This document shows positions 14,001 through 22,700 of a stretch of DNA of 64,000 nucleotides, piece by piece. A program made the translations under genes and the position numbers. Source of the stretch: Rebecca billardiae RCC1528 (lineage: Eukaryota; Protista; Haptophyta); the NCBI GenBank assembly GCA_965240325.2, contig OZ251223.1:2108001-2172000 (forward strand). The letters are read 5' to 3'. A model generated the notes under the pieces. It saw only the letters and a program-made list of their open reading frames with translations, searched no databases and was not told the DNA's origin. The number at the start of each line of letters is the position of its first letter. Within the stretch, counting starts at the first letter, position 1.

Positions 14001-16672
14001 GCGCGCGCGCCCGAGGGCGCGGCCGAGGGGTCGGCCGCGCTGTACTGCGCGTGCGACCACCTCACCACCTTTGCCGGGCTGGCGTTCCCGCGCTCGGCCG
14101 AGGAGGCGGCGGACGACGCGGCGGCCGTGCGGCTGAACACGTTCAGCGCGGAGCAGGCCGGTGCGGCGCTCGCCGACCCCGTGCAGGCCGCGCGGCAGAA
14201 CCAGACGATCTTCCGACTCGTATACCTGCTCGCGGGCGCGAACGCGCTCGCGTTGCTGCTCGCCGTGCGCGCCGACGCGAAGGGCGCGGCGGCGTACGCG
14301 CGCTGGCACGCCTCGGAGCTGCGCACGAGCGGGATGCCGCCCTCGCCGCCCACGCGCTGCAGCTCCGGCTCCTTCTCCGCCGCCTCGCGCACCGCGCCCA
14401 CGCGAAGCTCAAAGGGCGGCGGCTCGTTTGGTGCGCAGCCGCCGCTGCCGCAGCCGGGCTCGCGGCGCTGGCTGTGCCCGCCGCCGCCGCCGCCGCCGGC
14501 GCTGCCGCGGCCGCCCTCGGATGCGGGCGCGGCCGCCGACGCCGCGGAGCCGCGCGCCGGCCTGGGGGCCGACGCCGACGTCGAGGTGCTCAGCACAGTG
14601 CAGTGCGTGCGCGCGCGCCGCCGCGAGCGCGAGCGCGAGGCCTCGGAGGCGGGCGCGCGGGGCGGCAGCCCAGAGGCGCGCCGAGAGCCCGGGGCGACGG
14701 AGCCGTCGTCGCCCTCGCCGCCGACGACGACGGTGGCGCAGGCCACGCTCGGCGCCGCCGCCCCCTCCGTCGCCGTGCCGCGGCGCGGCTCGCAGGGCGG
14801 CGCGCACACGCCGCCGCCGCCGCCGCCGCCGCCGCGCGACGACGCGCAGGCAGCCGTGCTGCAGGCGCGCGCGGCCGTGCGCCGCGCGCGCTCGGTCGCG
14901 ATCGCGCGGCAGCGCTCGTGGAGCGACGAGCGGTTCCGGCCGAGCAGGGCGGCGCGCGCGGGCACGCGCCGCGCGGCGGCGGCGGCGCTCGCGCAGCGCG
15001 CGTGGGACGAGCACCCGCTGCTCGTGCTCCTGTTTGCGCCCGCGATGCGCGCGGTCGCGAAGGCCGAGCTCACGCAGTCGCTCTTCGACATGGCGGCGCT
15101 GCAGCTGGTGCTCGAGTGCATGCTGCACGGCGCGGCCGAGCCGGGCGCGGGCGGGCGCGCGCTCACGCTCGCGCTGTACGCGTGCGTGGGCGCGGCGGTG
15201 GCGCTGCCCGCGCTCGCCACGTTCCGCGCGCTGTGGCGCGCGGCGCACGCGGGCGAGTGCGACGCGCCGCCCGCGCGCCTCTACTCTGCGCTCAGCGCCG
15301 CGCTCGAGGGGCAGCTCGCGCAGGGCGCGGGCGCGCGCGCCGCTCGGCTCTCGGCCATCGTGGAGTCTGCGCACGAGCTCGGCACGCTCAAGGGCGCCAC
15401 GCAGCTGGGCTCGCTCGCGGAGCCGGGGGAGGAGGCGGAGGACAGCGACGAGTCGGGCAGTGAGGACGCGCCCGCGCCCGCGGCGCGCGGCCAGCCGCCC
15501 AAGGGCGCGGCGGCTGCAGCCTCGCTCGGCGCGGCGAGCGCGTGCGTGCAGCGGCTGCTCGGCGCGGCGTGCTGGGGCGCGCCCGCGCGGGACACGCCGC
15601 CGCGCTCGCCCACGCCGCCCGCGCGGCTGAGCGCGGCGGGCGCGGCCGGCGGCCCGCTCGCGCCGCGCGCCGCGCTGCCGTCCGCGCCGCCGCGCGCGGC
15701 CGGCAGCGCGCGCGTGCTGCCCACGCGCTCCGGCTCGGCGGGCGCGGCGCGCGGTGGCGCGGGCATCATCGCGCCGCTGCAGCCCGCGGGCGACGCGCTG
15801 AGCGAGCGGCTGCGCGCGCACGAGGCGGCGCGAGCCTCGCAGCAGGGGGACGAGGAGGAGGAGCGGGGCAGCGCGCCGCAGCGCCGCGCTCGACCGGGCA
15901 CTGCGCCACACGCGCGCTCGGCCGCGGTGTATGCTGGACTGCCGCCGCCGCCCATCGCCGCACCGCCGCCGGCGCCGACGTGCCGCGGCCGCGGCCGCGC
16001 GCGCTCGGCGAGCGCGCTGCCCCCATCCGAGCGAGCCAAGCTCGCGCCGCGCCGCGCCGCGCGTCTGAGCAACTCGGGCGACGACCATTCGCCCTCCCCG
16101 GGGAGCGCGGGCGGACGACCCGCCCGGCTTGGGCCCGAGTGGGGCTCGGCGCCGCCGGGCTCGGCGCTGAGCGCGCAGCCGCGGCCGCTCGGCGCGCCGG
16201 CCTCGCAGCCGCCGCCCTCGCCGCCGCCCTCGCCGCCGCCCGCCGCGCCGCCCGCCGCGCCGCCGCGCCGCACGACAGGCCGGCTGCCGCCGCCGGGCGC
16301 GCCCAACGCGCCACCGGCGCAGACGAGCGGCCGCGTGGCGCTGCCGCCGTCGGCCGCGTCGGCGGGCTGCGCGCCGCGACGCTCGTCGTGCCGGCTGCCG
16401 CCGCCGCCGCCGCCCGCGCCCGCGCAGCAGCAGCCGGGCGCGTCGCAGCCGCCTCGGCGCCCGCCGCTGCCGCACGGGACCGCCGCCGCCTCGTTCGGTG
16501 GCGGCGGCACCGGCGGCGCGCGGGGCAGCCAGCCGCCGCCACCGCCGCCGCCTCCTAAGGGCCTTGGCGCGCGCGGCGCCGCGCACCGCCCGCCGACGAC
16601 TGCGCCACAGCCGGCCGTGGCCGCGCGCTCGGCCTGGGCGCAGGGGCCAGCCCAGCCCGGGAGCACCGACCG

Positions 16673-16704
<32 letters not shown>

Positions 16705-18404
16705 GCGGGGCAGACGAGAAGGAAGAAGCGGACGCGGAGGCGGAGGCGGAGCGCGCAGCGGCGCCCTCGGCGGATGAGCTGTTGGCTGCGCAGCGGCCGT
16801 CGAGCGCCCCGGGAGACGTGGAGGGCAGGCGGGAGCGCGGTGATGCGGCCGCGCCCGCGGCCGCGCACGAGGCCGGCGCGGCCGAGCCCGAGCTGCCGCC
16901 GCCGCCGCCCTCGGAGCCCCGAGAGTCCGGCTGCTCCGCCTCGGCCTCTGGCCGCGGCACCTCCGCGGCGCTCAGCGTCGGCGTCGGCAGCGCCGCGCCC
17001 GCGCCGGAGGCAGCGGACGGCGGCGAGCTCAAGCCGACGCCCTCGCCGGTGAAGGAGGCTGTGACGCCGCCGTCCGCAGCGAGCTTTGCGGCGCGCCGCG
17101 CGAGCCGCGAGGCCAAGTTCGCCGCCGCCCGCTCGTCGCCGCGCGAGCACGGCGCGGCCGCGCCCGCCGCCGCGCCGGCCGCACGCGCGGCCGCGCCCGC
17201 CGCGCCGCCCGTCGCCCCGCCGCCGCCGCGCGCGATCGGCCGCGGCGCGCCGCTGCTGTGCGGCTCCTTCCGGCCGTCTGCGGAGGAGTGGAGGCTGGAG
17301 CCCTCGCCGCCGCGCAGGCAGGGCGGCGGCGCGGCGGGGCAGCCGAGTGCGCCGCGGCGCGTGGCGCAGGAGGCGGCGCGCGCGCCCGCCGCGCCCGCCG
17401 CCGCGCCCACGCCCGCGCCCGCTGCGGCGGTGCCGCCCGCGCTCAGCGCTGCTGCCGACGGCGCAGACTTGGCCCCGGCGGCCGCGCCCGCCGCGGCCGC
17501 GTGCGAGCGCGCGGCAGCAGCCACGCCGCTGCCGCTGCCCGCCGCCGAGCCGGCCGCTCGCCCGTGCTCCGACGGCAGGGCCGCTGCTCCATGCGCGCCA
17601 TCGGGCGCGCGGTCCGCCTTGCGTCTCCGCCCGCAAGCCTGCCTCGCCGCCCCCGCCGCAGCGCCGCCACGCGACACGGCCGCCGGCCGCGCGGCCGCCG
17701 GGGGCTGCTCGCAGCGCGCCCACGGCGCGCACAGCCGCGCGCCGCGCCCGCCGTCCGGCCGCGCGCGCGCGCTGCCGCCGCTCTCTGAGCTGGAGGGCCA
17801 CGCGCTGCGCGCGCTCGTCACCCTCTTCGACTCGGACGGCCGCGGCGCGCTCGTGCTCAGCTCGGTGCGGCTGCTGATGGTCGAGCTGGGGGACCCGATG
17901 ACCCCGCCGGAGCAGCGCGCGCTGCTGCGGGCGCTCGCGGGCGGCAAGACGAGCGCCAAGGGCGGCGCGCGCGCCGCGGAGCTGCAGGTGAGCAGCGCCG
18001 ACCTGTGCGAGTGGTACGCGCGCGCCAAGGCGGCGGACGCGCGCGCCGCGCGCCGAGCCGGCCGCGGCCCGGCGTGGCGGCGCGCGCGGCTCGGCCTCGC
18101 GTGGATCGCGATGCTCGGCATCTTCGCCGCGCTGTGCGCGCTCGCCATCGTGTACGGCACCGTGCTCGGCGAGGCGCAGATGCGGGACATGCTCGGCTCG
18201 TGGGCGCTGTCGCTGTCGGGCAGCATGCTCGTGCAGGAGGGGCTGGTCCTCGCGGTCGCGCGGCTGCTCACCTCCGCCAAGGACGGCGCGCGCGATGGCC
18301 TGTTCGCGCGCGTGCCCAGGCTCCGGCTCGGCGCCGTCGTCGACGAGATTCGGGCCGCGCCTGCGCGCGCGCTCGGCGCGGTGCGCTTCCACTTCCGAGG
18401 TTAA
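40..18404 (+). CDS. Giant LRR / Ser-Pro3 extensin-rod / IPT / REJ / GAIN-GPS / 5-TM polycystin-1-like membrane protein (5' end outside window). Exons 40-111, 219-290, 393-464, 619-690, 821-18404
   Basis: Four 72-nt AG/GT-bounded exons each encode a plant-type LRR (DLDASGLTGTIPTTIGHMSALTAL; RLHNNTLSGTLPTEIGLATRLELL; ELYANALTGFVPSELGLLTALTAL; RMSDTQLSGVLPAAVLALPSLST). They splice in frame to exon 821-18404 (same frame as ORF 1368..18404). SPPP repeat ~895-9764. IPT/TIG motifs (LQPPLGPRSGGTAITLRGRGF; LFVSLNGQQWS). REJ motifs (LTLDARGSFDP..LEFAW; VTVNRPPYGG..WADD..LPLTFAF). GPS motif CRFWD..WSARGC..CACDHLTTFAGL at ~13947-14080. Five hydrophobic helices. EF-hand FDSDGRGAL at ~17826. Confidence 0.88.
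895..9764 (+). repeat. Coding tandem repeat, (Ser-Pro3)n with 12-nt unit, ~2,950 codons
   Basis: Continuous AGC/TCG-CCG-CCG-CCN units, with occasional Pro4, Ala, Arg, Gly or Asn substitutions. Confidence 0.97.
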
Positions 18405-18907
18405 CCAATCATGTTCTCATGATGCCTGATGAGCATCAGCCCGGTGATCGTCGATGAGGCCCCGGTCAGGTCTGAGGTCATCACGCCGATGAGCCGTCAT
18501 CACGCGACGATGACGACTAGCTTACGACAAGGCTGGAGTCGGGTTTGAGCGTATGCCTGATGCAGATATGCAGGACGAAAAATTAAATCGTCGTCGATCA
18601 TCAATAATATAAGCAAGTTGTCACATCGCGAGTGCCCACCGCCAGAAAATCCGAAGATCGACGCCCAGTTCTGTGCAGCTCGCGACAGCGGCGGTTTGGG
18701 ACGATGAGCTACGCAGCAGGCCGCATCATCATGATGATGGCATATGCTGTCGGTTGGTGCAGTAGCGTATCAATCATATATATAGATGCATGCCGCGCGC
18801 AGTCAGTCGCAGCTGTGCACGCATGCGCGCACTACACGGGCTGCGCGAGTTATCTCTTATTGTTTGTCTGACTGAGTGCGAGTCGTGCCCCAGCCACCAG
18901 CTGCTGG

Positions 18908-19120
18908 CGGCAATGCAACTGACACTCATAGTTCCGGCGGAATAAAGGGCAATATTTCTGAGCAGACTATATGTTCAAGCTCGAAAACGGCAATATTCTT
19001 GAACTAAGTAGCTAGCGTGAAGGGTGATTCGTTTGAAACCAGTATTTGAGGGGCAATATTGTTGACACACTATCAACAATAAGCGGCAATATTCTTGACC
19101 CATAGCGTCAACGGCAATAC
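18908..19120 (+). repeat. Degenerate AT-rich short tandem array, core GGCAATATT(C/G)TTGA, ~6-7 units of 28-41 nt
   Basis: GGCAAT at 18909, 18948, 18989, 19052, 19085, 19113. Four copies continue ATT..TGA. A more degenerate copy lies at ~19022. Confidence 0.7.
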
Positions 19121-19134
19121 ATACATGCAGCTGA

Positions 19135-19138
<4 letters not shown>

Positions 19139-19216
<78 letters not shown>

Positions 19217-19226
19217 CTCTCTCTCT
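19139..19226 (+). repeat. (CT)n microsatellite, ~37 perfect units plus a short interrupted tail
   Basis: Directly visible. Confidence 0.98.
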
Positions 19227-19655
19227 ACGATGAATAACTGATGACGATGTTACGATCGGATGACATGCTATACAGTAGCGCTGCTACTAGCGGCGGATAG
19301 CAATGGTACGTAGCGCAGTAGTCAGTCAGCTCAGCTGATAGCCCGACATCGCGCTGCGCGGTAAGATCCCAAACCAGCTGCGGAGCAAAGCACAGGATTG
19401 GTCGGATTGGAGTCCGGCTAGGCTCAGCTGCTGCAATAATGAGGACGATGGCCGATGACGCCGACGGCCAACGGGGCAGTTTGCCTCGTGCGAGCAGGCC
19501 TGCCAGCGGTCAAAGGCAATCTGGAAGCGGCGATGTGGTGTCGTGGTCACGTACTTCTTGCCCGCGGACACAATCGATTATTGTGCCAATAACACCACAT
19601 ATATTGCTATAGACGTCGTCCATATGACTACGATCGTCAACGCGCACGCATATGC

Positions 19656-19706
19656 AGAGAGAGACGAACAGAGAGAGAGAGAGAGACGAGAGAGAGAGAA
19701 AGAGAG
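19656..19706 (+). repeat. Imperfect (GA)n microsatellite just downstream of the stop of gene 2
   Basis: Directly visible: agagagagacgaacagagagagagagagagacgagagagagagaaagagag. Confidence 0.9.
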
Positions 19707-19732
19707 ATCGTCGAACAACAACTACCGCCCAC

Positions 19733-22700
19733 TCAAGCGCGCTGCGGGAGCGTGCGGCCACTCTGCCGCGGCGATCCCGATGGATGGGCGCTGGCGGCCG
19801 GCGCCGCCGGCTTCTGGATACGCACGATCTTCGCGCCGCCGCCAGGAAGGTGGAGCACGCGAAGCCCGGCGCTCTGCCGGCGTTTGCCGCCGCCCACGCC
19901 TCGGGCCGCGCCGCCTTGCAGCCGGCTGCACGCAGCGGGCGACGGCGTCGGGCTGGAGACGTCGTCGTCCAAGGTTGGCGGCAGCTTCTTGACGCGCGAC
20001 GGCAGGCCCGGGCTCGGCATCGGCTTCAGCCGGACCCCGCCGCTGAAGCTGCGGCGCTTGGGCGGAGGTGGGCTGTGCATGATGACCACGGGCTGACCGG
20101 CGTCCGCGCTCTCGGGCCGCACATCGCGTAGGTCCGAGGCCGGGCCCTCCGATGGGCGACGCTCTTTCGACCCGCCCATGCCGAAGCGCCAGGGGAAGTC
20201 GGTGATGGGGCGGGGCATGTGGAGCGCCGAGCCGCGGCGCGGCGGGGCGGCGACCACCGGGGCGGTCGCCAGCTGCGGGCCGATGGCGAGCGGGCCGATG
20301 GCAAGGACGTGCTCCTCCTTGAAGACGTTCTTGTCCCGCCTGCGCCGCCACAGCGCGAGCAGCAGGTACAGGCCACCGCAGCAGCAGCAGAGGCAGCACA
20401 GGCCGCCGCCAACCAACCCTGCAAGGGTCCACGCGCCCGTGTCAGGGTCGCGCAGCCACCTGCGGACTTGGGTGAAGATGCTCGAGGCGTCCAGGCGCCC
20501 GCTCGTGCGCGCCTGGCCGCCCGCCTCGAGCTCCTCGTCCAGCTCGGAGCGCACGGCGCCCGCGCCAGGCGCCGCCTCGGGCTCCGCCAGAAGGTTGGGG
20601 GCGACCCCTTCGCCCTCGGACGATGCGGCCGGGGGCGGCGACGACGGCGGGGGCGGCGACGGTGGTGGCGCGGGCGGCACGTGGTTGGAGGGCTCGGCGA
20701 TCACCGGCACGCCCAGGCACCGAGACACCGCCTCCAGCGATGCCAGCGCGCCCACGGCGTTGCTCGGCGTGAGCCTCTCCGTCGGCGAGACAGGCGCCTC
20801 ACCCGCGCTCAGGTCGGTCCTGAGCTTGACCACCAGCTTGGTCGTGCTGTCGCCGAGCTCCTGCACCAGCTCGAGCGAGAGGCGCGAGAGATCGGTGCCC
20901 AGGCACTCCGCCATCGACGCGAGCAGCGCGCTGGCGCCCTCAGCGACGGCGAACCACTGGAGGGCGAGCGTGAGCGCGACGTACTCCTCGCTGGCCCAGC
21001 GCGGCGGCGGCGCGGGCGGCGCGGGCGGCGGCGAGGGCGGCACGTGGCTGTACGGCAGCGCCGCCACCGGCACGCCCAGCAGCGCGCTCAGCTCGTCGAC
21101 CAGCGACGCGGGCGGCAGCTCCGTGCTGATCGTGCTGTTGGTGCAGTTGACGACGCGCTCCCAGCCGTCGACCAAGGTCGCGTTGGTGCGATTGCCGCAG
21201 CCCGTGCCGTTCCCTAGCCCTCCGCCGCCGGCGCCGGCGCCGCCGAGGCCGCTGCCCGCGAGCGCGAGCAGGGAGGCAGAAAGGTCGAGGGGCAGCTGGC
21301 CAGCGAAGAGGTCGGTGGCCAGCTTGAAGACCACCCGGACGGTGCCGTCGCGCAGGTCGACGGCCTGCTCGACGGAGAGCCGAGACGGGTCGACGCCGAG
21401 GTGCGCGGCCAACGAGCCGAGCAGCGCCTCCTGCGCAGCCTCGAGCGCGCGGGGCGACATGGCGAGCGTGAGGCCGAGATAGTCCTCGGTGCTCGGACGG
21501 GGCGGCGGCGAGGGCGGTGCCGGCGGCGGCGAGGGCGGCGCGGGCGGCGAGGGCGGCGGCGACGGTGGCACGTGGCTGTACGGCAGTGCAAGCACCGGCA
21601 CGCCCAGCCACTCGGAGAGCTCGTCCAACGAGGCGGGGGTGCCCGGCCCGTTGTCGGGCGTGAGCCTGCCAGTCGGGTCCGCCCACGGCTCGCCCTCCGG
21701 CACTCGCACCTTCACCACGACGACGACGATGGCCGCCTCGGTGCGCTCAACGACGAGCTCGATCGAGGCCCGCGCCGGGTCGATGGCCAGCGTCGTCGCC
21801 AAGCTGCTCAGCAGCGCCTCGGCGAGCGGCCCCTCGAGCTCCGCCTGCGTCAAGCTCAGCGTCAGTGCCACGTACTCCTCTGAGGAGAGGCGGGGCGGCG
21901 CCGAGGGCGGCGACGGCGGAGACGGCGGCGGCGACGGCGGCGAGGACGGCGGCTCGAAGGCGGTGGGGACTTCAAGCACGGGCACGCCGAGCGTGGCGCC
22001 GAGCTGCTGCAGCGGCGTGAGCGCGGGCACCCCCGGCGCGAGCGCGCCCACCACGTTCACGGGCGCGTCCCCAACCGACGGATCGTTGCGGATGCGGATG
22101 ACGACGCGCGTCGCCGTCTCGCTCAGCGCGTCCACGCCGTGCAGCGCCAGCCGCTCGGGCTCGATGCCCAGCGTGGCTGCGACCTCCGCGAGGAAGTCGC
22201 TCGAGAAGCCCTCGAACGCGGCCTCGGTCGAGTTGACAACGACGGCGGCCAAGTCGTACAGCTCGAGGTTGAGAGGCGGCGTAGGAGCCGGTGGCGACGC
22301 GGGCGGCGAGGGCGGCGCCGGCGGCGGCGAGGGCGGCACGTGCGCATAAGGATCAGCGATCACAGGCACGCCCAGCGCCTCCGACAGCTCCGCGAGCGAC
22401 GACGGCGAGTCCGGCCCAAAGTCTGGAGTGAGAAGCTGGGTCGGACCCACCTGCGCCTCGCCAGCGGACGTATCGGTCGTCAGCTTCACCACGAGCTTGG
22501 TCGTGCCGTCGCTCTGGCCAAGGAGCTCGACCGACAGACGTGCCGCGTCGATGCCCAGCTCGGCCGCGAGGGCGTCGAGCACAGACTCACGCGCGGCCAC
22601 GAGCTGCTCGGGGGTGAGCGCCAGCGTGAGGGCGAAGTACTCTTCAGTGCCGTGGTCGGGCGGCGGCGAGGGCGGCGAGGGCGGCCAGGGCGGCGAGGGC

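Noticed and set aside
9975-18392. Long minus-strand ORFs opposite gene 1 (930, 894, 1327, 999 aa)
   Set aside because: GC-rich shadow ORFs with no recognisable motifs.
18908-19120. CRISPR array interpretation of the GGCAATATT repeats
   Set aside because: Repeats are short and degenerate, spacers are irregular and partly similar to each other, there are no cas genes, and the context is eukaryotic.
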